Positions 49,678-62,439 of a stretch of 64,000 bases of DNA are shown here, piece by piece. The notes beneath the pieces were generated by a model that was not told the origin of the DNA, searched no databases, and saw only the letters and a program-made list of their open reading frames with translations. Location: assembly GCA_036785375.1 (NCBI GenBank), contig JAWMAR010000025.1:8494001-8558000 (forward strand), read 5' to 3'. Each line of letters begins with the position of its first letter. Positions within the stretch are counted from its first letter, which is position 1. This stretch comes from Leucoraja ocellata (lineage: Eukaryota). Both the position numbers and the translations under genes were made by a program.

Positions 49678-51023
49678 GTATTCATTCTTAAATTAAAAAC
49701 CTTTTAACTTGGAAGTTTGCTGGTTGAAATGCTCATGTGATCATAATTCTATTTTCCTCGATAAATATCTCTGGTGCCATCTTGGAAATTGGTCAGTCAT
49801 TTTTTAAATATGGTTATACCTATTGTTCATGGTGCACTTTGGAAATTAACAGTATCTTAGTTGTACTATAGATATTAGCATATGGTTAAGGGGAAGCTTT
49901 TCAAAGTGGTAAACAAAAAGCAAACAAAAACAGGCACATGGACAAGGTTGATAAAAGATTTGTAAAAACATATATTTAAAGACAAATTGTGTTTCATTAA
50001 CCTGATTTGAATTCTTCTGCTGAAATACTAGAGAATGTTGATAAACTGAGCATGGAAGATGTTGACCTCATGGATTTTCAGAGGCATTCAAAAAAGCCTT
50101 ACACCAAATGTTTGTTTACAAAATTGATACCTCAAGATTTGAAGGGTCTGTCATTGAATATACAGGAACTTGAAAGCAGACTGGAGGATGAAAGACAATG
50201 GTTTTCTGTGTGGGTAGACAGTAGGAAACTGCTCTGTATTTAATTATTGATCAATTCATCTAAGTTTAGTTTTAGTTTACCGAGGCAGGGACTAATCAAA
50301 GATAATTAGCATGGCCTTGTTAGGAGGAAATGCTGTCTGACCAACACAAATGAATTTTTCGAAGAGAACAATATTTGTTGACAAGGCCAGTGCAATTGAT
50401 GTTGCCTTTGTGGCCTTCAATGAGGCCTTTGACCAGGTCCCAATAACAAGCTGGGTCAAAGGTTGGAGCCAGTGAGCTCTGCAGCAGGTCTTACTGAATG
50501 GTGAGGTCTATGTAACCCACTAGACCCTTCACTTCTGAAAAGTGAAATAATGAAAGTGGCCATATTATGCAGAAACCTTTCCTTCCAACTTCCAAAATTT
50601 GCTTGCTCTCATTATTGCTGTATATATTCTGTGGATGGGCGACATCTGTGATTTTTGATGACGAGGTAAAGCCAGACTGCATTGATGTGTATCTGTGGTG
50701 AAGGACATTTGCTCGTATCTAATCCAAGCATCAATTGAAGCATTTCAAATGAGCTAACAGCATAGACCATGGATATAATCGTATTTTCTTTGTCGGGAGA
50801 ACTGATCATACAGACATAATACCATTATGATAGCTACTGGATATTTGTCAGTGGTGACTGTTGTGGACTGGGTCTCCATTACACTGGTTGGGTAACTTGT
50901 CACATTGTTTATATTTAAAAAAGCAGACGCTCTCCTTCAAAGACAAAGGAAATATTAATCTCTTATGATATTGAGACATTTGATTATCAAAGTGCTTAAG
51001 TATTTTAAACTATTTCTTCCTAG

Positions 51024-51111
51024 GGCCATGACACCTGCACAAGCAGATCTGCAATTCTTGGAGAATGCTAAGAAGCTTTCAATGTATGGTGTAGATTTTC
51101 ATCCTGCAAAG
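51024..51111 (+). CDS. EPB41: Protein 4.1R exon 9 (FERM; calmodulin site AKKLSMYGV)
   Basis: tcctag|GGCCATG ... GCAAAG|gtacac; 88 nt; [29 protein letters not shown]. Confidence 0.97.
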
Positions 51112-52815
51112 GTACACTATCTGTTCATTAATTCTTTTACAAAACACTAAATATTCAGTTTTCCTCATCAAAAACATTGCAGGTCAAATTGTAAACATTT
51201 GCTTGTCTCTTTTATCTGTAGGAACTAATGCAAGAAACTAGTGCAGAATGTTTAATTCCATAATGTCTGTCTATGCCTTTTGTGTCTGCTTAACGTAAAT
51301 ATTTGGAGCTAGCAGTATAATTCAATCTTGTTAATGACTGCGGTTTAAATGTTCCAATTTCTAAACCATTGTTAGCAAAGCAGTGATTTAGCTATTGGGA
51401 GAAATGCACAATTAAACATTGGTGGGTGTCACAAGAGAGGAAACATACTAAGATCCAGAAACCAGTATTGCAATGGTTGAGGGCGATGTAGCCCAACCTT
51501 GCTTATGAAAAGTGAAATACAGAAACCAATAGTGCATGTGTGCAAAAGATAGTCCAATGGTTGAAATGTAATTTTATATGCAGCTTATAACGCTTCCCAA
51601 TGTTTAACCGTCTGTGGGATATGATTCATAATGTTAGGCACTGTTGAATAGTTTGAAGACCAGTGTGTATTAATGTATCATTTGGTTTTTCAATTAGAAT
51701 AGATAGTTGAATGCAATAGTTAAAAATGCAAATATTTTAACCATTTTGGTTACAGGTAACATTTGCAAATAGTAGGAATGCAGAATCTCAATATCATTGT
51801 CGGGCTACAATGAAATTAAATGGGGGGGGGGGGACCTGATGGGATTACTCTTCCAGGAGCTTGCCCAAATGGTGGCCTCCTGTGCTGTAATAATTATCTC
51901 AAAATTAGTAGTGCTGAATGACTGCTTGTATCAATGCTAATTGGAACAATTAAAATAGCATCCCAGTTCAACAAGTCTAATTCTGCAGAAAGCATTTCAG
52001 TGCTATAGTTGTTGCATTTTTAGTCACATTATCTTTTTTTTTTGTCTGTTTACCACAGTTGAACTCTTATTTATAATTGTTCAATTCTGGTAATGTCACC
52101 CGTGAATCTTTGTCTATTTCTGCATTTTCAAATATTACCAAAATAAGGAAAAATACAAGTTTTTTTTTTTTTTTGCTTGCATTGCAGCATGTTGTTTCAA
52201 GTGATTTATTAATCCTTCTTACCCACAAAAAGCTTTTATCCTTTGACCCCATGACATTAATTTATAAATGTGCTGTATACTGTACGTAACTTGTATAATT
52301 TTATTAACCACTTAAATTAATTGAAACCAGATAAATACAGTGAAGGCGTGGTGGAAGGTCATTTATGTTATGAATTACCAAGCTTTGGTGAAATTTATAG
52401 GTTACCCTGGCAATGTCAGAAACTGTCAATTTGTGTAGAGATGAAGCAGTTTGTCCCCTTTATAAACTACCCATTTTTCATCCCCCAGCAGATGAAATGC
52501 CTTCGACACATAAAATATGCAAGACCTATTCAGAGTGCTTTGGGTCTAGAGTTTTGTAATTGGGGAGATGTATAATTTAAAAATGATAGTTATAAGCAAA
52601 GTTTGAATGAAGAAATGACTCTCATTCTTGCATCTGTTGAACAGATTTTACCAATCATTGTTAAGTGCACAATGAGAAGATTTAAAACTTTTTTTGACCT
52701 TTTTAATTCCACAAATACATAATCTTTTAGCATAAGAGGATAAACAAAAAATATATTTCCTTGGTGCAAACTCCAGCTCTTTGTATTCACTACCCTTAAT
52801 TACTTTGGCTTTTAG

Positions 52816-52968
52816 GACTTGGAAGGAGTGGACATCATGCTTGGGGTATCGTCTGGTGGCCTCCTTGTGTATAAAGACCGACTCCGAATAAATCGCTTTG
52901 CCTGGCCCAAGGTTCTGAAAATTTCATATAAACGCAGCAGTTTCTTCGTTAAAATTCGTCCGGGAGAG
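52816..52968 (+). CDS. EPB41: Protein 4.1R exon 10 (FERM C-lobe; p55-binding YKRS)
   Basis: ttttag|GACTTG ... GGAGAG|gtatgt; 153 nt; [51 protein letters not shown]. Confidence 0.97.
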
Positions 52969-54557
52969 GTATGTCTCCAGTTTAATGCAAGTTTACAATG
53001 TGAAATTATTCATATTTTGGTTTAAAATATTAATTAACTCTTGCATCTACATACTTTAAGCAAGTACTTTCCATCATGATGTTCTGTATTAAGAATTTTC
53101 TGAAACGATTTTTGTTCTAAGCATATTTTGTTGTGCTTAAATATCCATTTGTGCGTTTTGCTAATGCTCACATTTGGGTACTTAAGCACAATAAAAACAT
53201 TAATTGCCCGAGCCTCGCTGTCCTGAGGAGGTGTGGGTGAACCTTTGTATTTGAACTACTGTTCTATAGTTTCATACAGCTGAGTTACTTGGTCGACCAC
53301 TTGAAAAGGCATTTACGCATGAACAACATAGCCTCTTGGAGTTGCACGTAAACCAGATCAGATCAGGAAGACGAATGCTTGGACATGGCAGTGAATCAGT
53401 TCTACAAGAACACTGTCTTGATCCATTTCTATAGGTGGCTTCATATCCCTTGATTTATTTTACGGAGAATTGAAGTTCTAATGCTACAGTGTTGAACGTG
53501 GAATTCACATATGCTAGTTCAGTAGCATAATCATGACACTGCCATAGCTATATTCAAAATGTATCACACTCCTGCACTGTTTATGAATTCTATATTCTGC
53601 GATGTTAGCTGTATATCACACATTCATTTATTGAATTCCTAGAAAATAACTACCCATTAGCTAGTTTGAAATAGGAAAACAAGGATTATAGATATTCTTT
53701 ACTTGACAATGTTAAACATTAGTTTAACATAGAAAATAGAATCAGGGTTAGGTCATTTGCACCCTTGTGCCTGGTCTGCATTTAAAGAAGATTGCAGCTA
53801 ATTGTTTGTCATTATTGCTGCCAGTTTCCTGCTTGTTTCCTATGACATCCAACATTTTAACAATCCCTATCTTGAATATATTCAGTCACCAAGTCTCCAT
53901 AGCTCTTATAAAGAGATACATACTTGTTGTTAGTTGTATTTGTTTAAATATTAGTCATTCTGTTCTTTTTAATCTGCGTAATATCACTCCTACTCACCTG
54001 TGTAGTAATGGCAAGGGAAAGTTGGACATTGGAAAAGAGAGAAATTGCCATTGCACAATATTTTGATTTGTTTTAATGGGAAGAGACTGGAAAACAGAGT
54101 AGAGTTGGGAAAACATTTCAGAGAAATGCCAAAACTATTATTCATTGTAATTGTGTTTCTTATCCAAGCAAACTAATTATATTTAATTTGGTGTTTGAAA
54201 TAATGAAGTTTCAATTCGTATCATATTTTATTTTTATAACATCTGTGCTTTCTGATGTTACCGACAGTCAATTGAGTGCTTTTGAGATATCATTGTTCTG
54301 ATGCAAGTAAAATCAACAAGAATTCTACAGCTAGCAAAGTGGAAATAATAATTGTGATAAATAGCCAAAAAAGCTGTTTTATCTCATGGTCTTCATGTAC
54401 AACGTTGTGTTTGATGCACAAGGTTTTCTTGTGTCTTTCTCAATTCCTCAGGACATAGTGGGTGTTTGGAAGTATTGTTGTTTATAGAACTTATATGGAC
54501 AACTTATTGTTGTCCATATAAGTGCCCATAGATGTGTAGTTGTGTGATGTGAAACTA

Positions 54558-54855
54558 AATGGCCTGATCCACTACACGAGTTTACCCAAGAGCTCTCCCG
54601 AGTTTTAAAAAAATCAAACTCGTGGTAAGTCTGTAGCGGGTACGTCGGAGCTCGGGACGTCTCTTAGTGGCTCGTAACGCAAACGGCAGGTACTCGGGGA
54701 AACGCGGTAAGCTCGTGAAGTTTTTTCAACATGTCGAAAATGTCCACGAGAGCCCCGAGTACCTACGAGTGGCTATTACCGTAATTCTCCGAGTTCGTAA
54801 CAGGGGAAACCCGGAAAAACTCTTGAATTACCTCGTACAGTGGGACAGGGCCCTA
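54558..54855. mobile_element. MITE family B (copy 1)
   Basis: Closely similar over about 300 bp to 62648-62954. Termini ggcctgatccactacacgag / ctcgtacagtgggacagggccc. Confidence 0.88.
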
Positions 54856-55221
54856 AGAGAATAATCCCAGTAAACATGAACCAGACTATAAACTTTTGAG
54901 TTTAAAAAAATAGATGTAGCGCCATCTGTGGGCAGAATAAATTGTTGTTAGATCTCATTAAGATTTTTTTCTTTTCTGATCTGCCCTATACTATGTTTTC
55001 GTGAAAGCAGTAATATCTCTGGTATTGTGTTTAACCCAGTGCCACCTACTTTTTAATCCTTCCTGTTTTAGGATATTATTCTTGGGTAAAATAAAAGTAA
55101 AAAATGCAGGTCGGACCTCCTTGGTAGAAAGACTTAATGTTTCAGATTGAAGACTTGTTTAGAAATAGAAAAAAAAGAAAACTAGTTGGTTAGTTAGAAT
55201 AAAACAAATATCTCCTGTAGA

Positions 55222-55529
55222 GGATGGCACAGTGGTGCAGATGGTAAAGCAGATGTCTCAGTGTCCGAGACCTGGGTTCGGTCTTGACATCCGATGTTTG
55301 TTTGGAAGTGGACTGTTCTTCCCAAGAACGCGTGGATTTCCTCTGGGTGCTCCGGCTTCCTCCCACATCCCAAAGTAGTGCGGGTTTGTAGATTAGAATT
55401 GGCCCTGGTGTATATTTCCCTTATTGTGTGGGATAAAATAGAACTAGTGTGAACAGGTGATCACTGGTCAGAGCAGACTCATTGGGCCAAAGGGCCTGTT
55501 TCCATACTGTATCTTTTAATCAAATCAAT
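55222..55529 (+). mobile_element. tRNA-derived V-SINE (HE1-like)
   Basis: ggcacagtggtgcagatggta (A box), gggttcggtct (B box), ttcctcccacatcccaaag V core, gggccaaagggcctgtttccatactgtatct tail. Confidence 0.85.
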
Positions 55530-55934
55530 TATGGGCGAGGCCAAATTTGGAGTATGGCTTCTTTAGAAAGGAGATAGATTTTTTTTTTTAATTGCACAAA
55601 GGTATGAAGCAGAACTGCAAGCCACAATGCTGCTGAGTATGAGGTTTGAGGATTTATGGAGATATATTCCCAAATCCGAATAGTTTGTAACTTAAAGGGT
55701 ATTCGTCAGGTGTCATTGACAAGTAGGGTATCTTTGTCATTGACTATGGAATATGATCCATTATATTTCTGTAGTACTAATTAAGCACATGCTTACACAG
55801 CAAATGTGTCAAAATACAAAAGATGGGTCATATTCTCAGTGCTTTAGCAACCGTGTGACGTCAATTTCCAGTACTTCAAGCTGTGGCGATTCTTGTAACG
55901 CTTTAAAAAAAATAGCTGCAAGTTTGTGTTGAAA

Positions 55935-56262
55935 CCAGGAACTGCAGATGCTTGTTTACAAAAAAAGGCAGTGCTGGAGTCTGGAATAATCAGCGTGTTG
56001 GGCAGCATCCCTAGTGAACTCATTCTGGATGATCAGCCATTATCATGTTGAATGGTGGTGTTGGCTCGAAGGACCGAATAGCCTACTCCTACACCTATAT
56101 TCTAATGTGGCTAGGCGATGCTTCGGTTCAGAACTTTTTTCAGACCACGTTTGGTGTCGGGAACCTTCCTCAGACCTGAAGTAGGGTCCCAACCCGAAAT
56201 GTCTCCTATCCATGTTCTCCAGGCATGCTGCCTGACCTGCTGAGTTACTCCAACTCTTTGTG
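55935..56262. mobile_element. Palindromic Penelope-like pLTR element with a CR1 tail (about 56022-56105) inserted in the left arm
   Basis: ggaactgcagatgc...gtgctggagt left arm; ctgaagtagggtcccaacccgaaatgtc...tgagttactccaactctttgtg right arm. Ends about 50 nt before the exon 11 acceptor. Confidence 0.75.
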
Positions 56263-56311
56263 CAAGTTAGTGTTGATGGAATTATTTATCTGTTCTGCAT
56301 TCATTTATCAG

Positions 56312-56406
56312 GATCAGTGTGAAAGTACTATTGGGTTTAAGCTGGCCAATTACCGTGCTGCCAAAAAATTGTGGAAAGTATGCGTGGAAAATCATACATT
56401 TTTCAG
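56312..56406 (+). CDS. EPB41: Protein 4.1R exon 11 (FERM C-lobe; calmodulin site [10 protein letters not shown])
   Basis: tatcag|GATCAG ... TTCAG|gtatgt; 95 nt; [31 protein letters not shown](R). One codon shorter at the 5' end than the mammalian exon. Confidence 0.93.
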
Positions 56407-56599
56407 GTATGTATCTACAACACACAGCTGGAGGAGTAAAGAATAATTTGCAGAGAATGTAAATGTTTATTGATTCAAATATTTAACATTAATATTATGA
56501 TCTTCCCATTTGCAATCGCCTATAAGTTCAGCCTGTCGGTAATTCAAGTTGAAAAACCTAAAAGCTATCCCATAAAAGACTTTAATTGAATAATTAATA

Positions 56600-56907
56600 T
56601 AGTTTAGTTTAGAGATACAGCGCGGAATCAGGCCCTTTGGCCCACCAAGTCCGCATCGACCGGCGATCCCCGCACATTAACACCACCCAATACACTAGGT
56701 ACAATTAACACATACACCAATCCAATTAACCTACATACTTGTACGTCTTTGGAGCGTGGGAGGAAACTGAAGATCTCGGAGAAAACCCACGCGGTCACGG
56801 GGAGAACGTACAAACTCCTTACAAACAGCACCCGTAGCCGGGATCGAACCCGGGTCTCCAGCGCTGCAAGTGCTGTAAGATAGCAACTCAACCGCTGTAC
56901 TACCATG
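56600..56907 (-). mobile_element. Young tRNA-derived V-SINE (HE1-like)
   Basis: CpG-rich. Minus strand B box gggttcgatccc, V core ttcctcccacgctccaaagacgtac, (taaac)n tail. Confidence 0.92.
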
Positions 56908-57109
56908 AACTAAAGTTCTTCAGTTGTGTATATGAATTCTTTGCATGGCCAGGAAAACAAAAACAAACTTTAAGCCTAAAGTACCCATAAAGATTTATTT
57001 GACAACATTTCGATTTTTTTTTTTGCCTTCACAGTAAAGAGAAAAATATTAGAATATTCTTGTATGCTTTGCCTCCCTACGCTATTTAACTTGACGTTTT
57101 CCCCAGTAG

Positions 57110-57282
57110 GCTGACAACTCCAGAATCCTCGGCAAAAAGCAAGTTCTTGTCCCTGGGTTCCAAATTTCGTTACAGCGGTCGAACACAAGCGCAGACCAGG
57201 GAAGCAAGTGCCCTAATTGACAGACCAGCGCCCCGTTTTGAACGTACTGCAAGCAAGCGGGCATCCAGAAGCCTTGATGGAG
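57110..57282 (+). CDS. EPB41: Protein 4.1R exon 12 (FERM-adjacent domain); alternative start 57107
   Basis: ccccagtag|GCTGACA ... GGAG|gtaact; 173 nt; [57 protein letters not shown]. Not in the ORF track; translated by hand. Confidence 0.95.
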
Positions 57283-57814
57283 GTAACTTTATCTGGGATT
57301 ATAAATAAAACATCCTTACTTGCACAGTATCTTTGAAACTATAGGGTAACAACACCTATTACCAATGTAATGTTCAGTGGATTTTTTAATTGAAACTACT
57401 GAAGATAGCCAGAGCAAGTTGATGGCTATTTTGTTCTATCAAATTATATTGCTTTCAATAGAAATCACACATTCAAATCATTTCTGCAGTTACTAAGTTT
57501 CCCAGAAAGCTACAGTATATTAGATAAGGATAGCAATTGACTTTTTAACATATGTAATAAGTACTATGTGTGAAAATGTAGTTGTTCAACAGCTTGTTGA
57601 AACCTAGGAAGTGGCTGGTGCTAAAATCTTGTTTTATTTGCTGGTTATTACATTATTTTTTTCTTTAATTGGGAAAATTCCACTCATGATGTTCTTACCA
57701 GCCTTTTTGCATTCTAAAATGAAACTATCTCTTTGGGATATTAAATACATATAGTTGATTTGATTCAGTTTCCCTTGACATTAGAAATTGCAAGTGGTTC
57801 TGGTAGTCAGAGCT

Positions 57815-58150
57815 ATTCGGCACCAAAACAAGCTCTTTGGCACAACTTGTTCGTGCCGAGCAAGATGTCGATCCAAGGTAGTCCCACTTGTCTGCATCTG
57901 CCCCACATGCTCCCAAACATGTTCTGTCCATGTACCTGTTAGTGACTTTTAAATGTCATCATTATGACTGCGGCTACCACTTCCTCTGGCAGATTGTATG
58001 GAAAAAGTTGCCCCATGGATCCCTTTTTAAATCTTTTCCTTCTCACCGTAAACCTATGCTTTGAAGTATTAGTCTCTTTCTATCCTGCAGAAGTGACAAT
58101 GAATATTCACCTGATCAACATCCTTCAAGATTTTGTATCTCTATAGGGTT
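57815..58150 (-). mobile_element. Old CR1 LINE 3' fragment
   Basis: ctaccacttcctctggcag...gaaaaagttgcccc...ttttaaatcttttccttctcacc, the reverse complement of a CR1 3' end. Confidence 0.65.
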
Positions 58151-58249
58151 ACCCTTATAGCAAGTGACTAAGATAGTAAATGTTATGGTAGCCATTATCA
58201 CACAATGGTTTAATTATGGAAGTAAAGGTGTTTTATTCCAATTGTCTTG

Positions 58250-58730
58250 GGCCTTCATGAACCCACTCTTGAAGTATTGAGGTCACCCAAGGGAGATTTT
58301 ACTTGCCATTAAAGAGGCACAGCACCAACCAACCTGTTTGCGGGGTTGGCAGGTTTGCTGTATGATTGAGTAGATTGGAATTCATTCTATCGAATGCAGA
58401 GGAATTGGAGTAAATGATTAAAGGCTTTGACTGGCTTAATGGAGGAGGAATGTTTCTCGTGCTGAGGAGTGGAAGTTCAGGGGGTGCCGTGTCAGAATAA
58501 GAATTGGCAGTTTAAGACAGATGAGAAGAAATTTCTACTTCCAGAATGGTGAATCTTTGGAATTCTCTGCCTGGAACAGCGGTGGAGCTCACTAATCGTG
58601 TTCATTGAAAACCGATCACTGGGCATGAAGAGAATAAAGGGCTATGGGGAAAAGTACTGGAAAAAGGTGCGGAGGTAGAAGATCAAACATGATCTTGATG
58701 AATGGCAGAGCAAGCTCAAGCTGTGTGATA
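58250..58730 (+). mobile_element. Old CR1 LINE 3' fragment
   Basis: gatgagaagaaatttctacttccagaatggtgaatctttggaattctctgcc (MRRNF...VNLWNSLP). Confidence 0.7.
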
Positions 58731-58967
58731 GTTCGTTGCATCCTTTCATTATTCACCTGAAACGTATCGCATCCCTTGCCCTCGGATGCTGACTGATCTG
58801 CTGAGAAGTTTCTGTTTTTTAGCATTTGCAATATATTTTATGTTTTTGGACATTTGCAATTACAATCCGAAAGCAGCATTTTCCTTTCCAGAAATTAATG
58901 ATTTCCCTTGGAACTTTTCAAATCCACGATATGCTAATAAAGTTTAAATTATTTTAAAACGTTTTTC

Positions 58968-59351
58968 TTCTCATTGAAACATATGAGATTGTTAAGGGTT
59001 TGGACACGCTAGAGGCAGGAAACATGTTCCCGATTTTGGGAGAGTCCAGAACCAGGGGCCACAGTTTAAGAATAAGCAGTAAGCCATTTAGAATGGAGAC
59101 GAGAAAACACTTTTTCTCACAGAGAGTGGTGAGTCTGTGGAATTCTCTGCCTCAGAGGGCAGTGGAGGCGGGTTCTCTGGATGCTTTCAAGAGAGAGCTA
59201 GATAGGGCTCTTAAAAATAGTGGAGTCTGGGGATATGGGGAGAAGGCAGGAACGCGGTACTGATTGGGGATGATCAGCCGTGATCACTTTGAATGGAGGT
59301 GCTGGCTCGAAGGGCTGAATGGCCTACTCCTTCACCTATTGTCTATTGTCT
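58968..59351 (+). mobile_element. Young CR1 LINE 3' end
   Basis: ORF ...GESRTRGHSLRI...FFSQRVVSLWNSLPQRAVEA...GYGEKAG; tail ctattgtctattgtct. Confidence 0.93.
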
Positions 59352-59976
59352 TCATTAAGACAAAACATGATTTTCGAATGAAAGGAACTGTAAATGGTAT
59401 ATTTGTGCTAACCATGTGTGCATGTAAAATGGTAAAATGTACACATTCTCTCCAGCCAAACGTAAGCTTCCAAAAACTTGCATTGAATTACCAGTGGACG
59501 AGGATCCTGAGCACAGATGCATTGAAGCACCCAAAGAGCAGCCAGGTACTGGTTTGTTGGCTTGAAGCTCTGTGGTGCTCCTGTTTCTTCATCCTATCCT
59601 TCTCAACAAGAAATTGGTTGCACTCGCCATCTGAAGTTCTTCTGTTGATGTAGTAATTTTTTTTTTCTAAACATGATGATTAGAACTTAAACTGGAGATA
59701 AATTATTATTTTTAACCACTCGCTTTTGGTGCTGTGAAAGATTTTGCAATCAAGTAAACACAAAGTGTGAATTAAATAGTCATCCAAATCAAATGCTCTT
59801 ATAAGAATGATTTATCAATAGCAGCTGTTTTCTTCAATACAAGGTAATGAGTACTTTTGTGGTTGTTTTGAATGATTAACAAAGCCTTTGACATAATAAA
59901 TGTGCATGCTTAAATTTGTGCTGGTTTCTAAAATGCAGAGTAATTACTTTTGTAGTTTTGAATGAGTGGCAAAGCT

Positions 59977-60422
59977 TTTTTTTTTTTTTTTTTAATTAGA
60001 AGTACAATAAGTTACAGTAGTACAAGCCACATATATCTTATTACATTGGTTGTACAGCTTCATTTTTGGAGCTTTAAGAAAGATAGAAATAAAGGAAGTA
60101 AAGAAAGTGAGAAAGAGTCGTGATAGTGCAAGAAAGTGTTGAAAGAAAAAAGCCCATTAGAGGAAGAGTTAGAGAAGAAAGTTAAGAAATAGACCCTAGG
60201 AAAGAAAGGAAGAAAGAAAGAGAAACAATTGCTGTATTATTTAAAAAAACGCGCAAAAAGGAATATACCAACTTCATATTTTTCATCCTCCATTACCAGA
60301 TCCTGGCACCATTTATTTTTTTAAATTACTGTTGCACCTTATACTTGTAGTAAATCAATAAATGCAGACCACGTCTTTTGGAAGTGGTCTGCTTTGCCTG
60401 CAAGGAGGAGTCTCGTATCTTT
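59977..60422 (-). mobile_element. L1-clade LINE 3' end, polyA-tailed, 10-bp TSD
   Basis: TSD tggcaaagct at 59967-59976 and 60423-60432. Minus strand ends an ORF ...TRLLLAGKADHFQKTWSAFIDLLQV*, resembling the F..W..F C-terminus of fish L1 ORF2; polyT on + strand. Confidence 0.85.
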
Positions 60423-60845
60423 TGGCAAAGCTCTTGACATGAAGATAAATGTACACAGCCACAGTTTCAGCATATCTGTATGAGAGTCCACTCAGGGGTT
60501 TAATCACTACATGTTTAGTGCAAGATGCTGCCACATATCATTGCCCTCCTTAAGGAATTGTAGAGTCTGTCCCAACGTTTCCAAAGAAGGCATTGGTCAG
60601 TTAGCTGCGGTGGAACCTCACTATGTTTACTCAGATGTTGTCTCTATATTTTTAAATATTCAAATATTTAAAAAATGTACACGAGTCAAGTCACCAAAAC
60701 GGGAAGTGCTGGAAGCACTCAGCAGGTCAGGCAGCATCAGTGGAGCAGGAAACAAAGCAATTAGCGAATGGAAATAAGTACCAAATACTTTATTAAAATA
60801 ATGTTTCATATTACCAGTGAGTGACTTTGATGCATTTCATTACAG

Positions 60846-61060
60846 CTGCAGTAGTTGTGACTCCGGACAAAAGTCCAAGACCAGTTACCACTTTTGTGCC
60901 AACAATATCTCAGAGTCATTCGGTGGAAGTCAGTAGCCCCCCCACAATTGATACAACAAGAGTGACTGAATCGAATGCAGTTGAACAGGAAGCAAAGGGT
61001 AAAATAAAACAAGAAGAACGTCTGGTTGACAGAAGATCTGAACCAGCCCAAGAAGTCAAG
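60846..61060 (+). CDS. EPB41: Protein 4.1R exon 13 (U2 region)
   Basis: ttacag|CTGCAGTA ... GTCAAG|gtatgc; 215 nt; AAVVVTPDKSPRPVTT...SEPAQEVK, equivalent to AAAVDSADRSPRPT...EPTEAWK. Phase fits exon 12. Confidence 0.9.
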
Positions 61061-61086
61061 GTATGCCCTGAACTGATTTTATGTTT

Positions 61087-61240
61087 TTAGTCTAGTTTAG
61101 TTTAGATACAGCGTGGAAACGGGCCCACTGAGTCCGCACCATCCAGTGATCCCCACACGTTGAAACTATCCTACACACACAAACATTAGGGACAAATTTT
61201 GCACTTGTACCAAGCCAATTAGCCTACAAATCTATACGTC
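61087..61240 (-). mobile_element. V-SINE 3' half
   Basis: tagtttagtttagatacagcgtggaaac...gatccccacac...ccaagccaattagcctacaaa; begins about 27 nt after the exon 13 donor. Confidence 0.8.
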
Positions 61241-61519
61241 AAACCTTTTTAGTAATTAAATCATCCAGAATCTAGTCCGAGCACAGGTTTTATTATCTGG
61301 TACGGTTTAGCAGCCTTCTGTGGTATTTTAAGCAATTTGCATTCTAGATGTGTGTTTTTACTTAAGAAAGAATAATTCATGTTTTCTTTGCCAAATGAAA
61401 GGACTGAAAATGTGAGCTGAATGATTACTGTTAACAGATCAACTTTATTATTCACTTTGCGATATAAACCTGTCAAGGAAGAATTGGAAGTGCATCCTAA
61501 AAATAAACCTAGCAATCTG

Positions 61520-62095
61520 TTTGAAAATTCCAGGGTTGATTGGGTTAACATTTGAAGAGCATTTGATAACTCTGAGCCTGAACTCACTGCAGTTTGGTAG
61601 GATGGGGGGGGATTTTGTTGAGATCCATGGAATAATGAAAGGCTTAGGTAGAATGGGTGTGGAGCGGATGTTTCCTGTAGTGGGAGGGTCTGAGACCAGA
61701 GGGCATGGCCTCAGAACACCCAAAGAAAACCCATAAGGTCATAGGGAGAATGTGCAAACTCTGTACAGGCAGCACCCGCAGTCAGGATCGAACCAGGTTC
61801 TCCGCTGTTGTATGGCCGCAGCTCTATCGCTGCGCCAATGCGCCACCCAGAATGATGAGGAGGAATTTCTTTAGCCAGAGGGTGGTGAATCTGTGGAATT
61901 CATTGCCGCAGACTACTGTGGAAGCCGTCATTGGGTATTTTTAAAGTGAAGCCCAATTAATTGTTCTCAATTAGCAAGAGTATAAAAGGTTACGAGGAGA
62001 ATGGGTTTGAGAGGGAAAAATAAATCCGCCATGATCGAATGGCGGGGCAGACTCAATGGGCCAAATAGCCTAATTCTGTTCCTTTCTTTTATGAT
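61520..62095 (+). mobile_element. CR1 LINE 3' fragment interrupted by a V-SINE 5' part (about 61716-61848, minus strand)
   Basis: IPGLIGLTFEE...GDFVEIHGIMKGL.RM.VERMFP.VG.SETRGH, then SINE, then MRRNFFSQRVVNLWNSLPQ and the tail. Confidence 0.85.
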
Positions 62096-62439
62096 CAAAA
62101 TGGTACACAAGCCTCCACCAGATTTTTAATGGTTATGTGCAAATATTTTTTCTAATTATTTATTCATTATTGGTAGTTGAGTGTCAAACTGATAACGTGC
62201 TTTACCTGTTTGAACATGTACTGCCTTTGAAATGGAGCAGCAACTGATGTGCGGGAAGAGCCACACTTGCTCAATGTAGCGCTTAATTTTTTTGCCTTTA
62301 TTAAAGAAACAGCAGATGCTACCTTTTACTACAGTGTATTCACAGTAATACATGAGGGTTTTTGTTTTGATTTGTTGAAGTTTATTGATATCGGATGCAG
62401 TTGTGTACATCAAGGTTTACATATATTTATGAAGGATAA

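Noticed and set aside
56780-56907. tRNA-like A and B boxes (also near 30380-30442 and 55222-55290)
   Set aside because: These are SINE heads attached to V-domain and LINE-derived tails; no complete cloverleaf.
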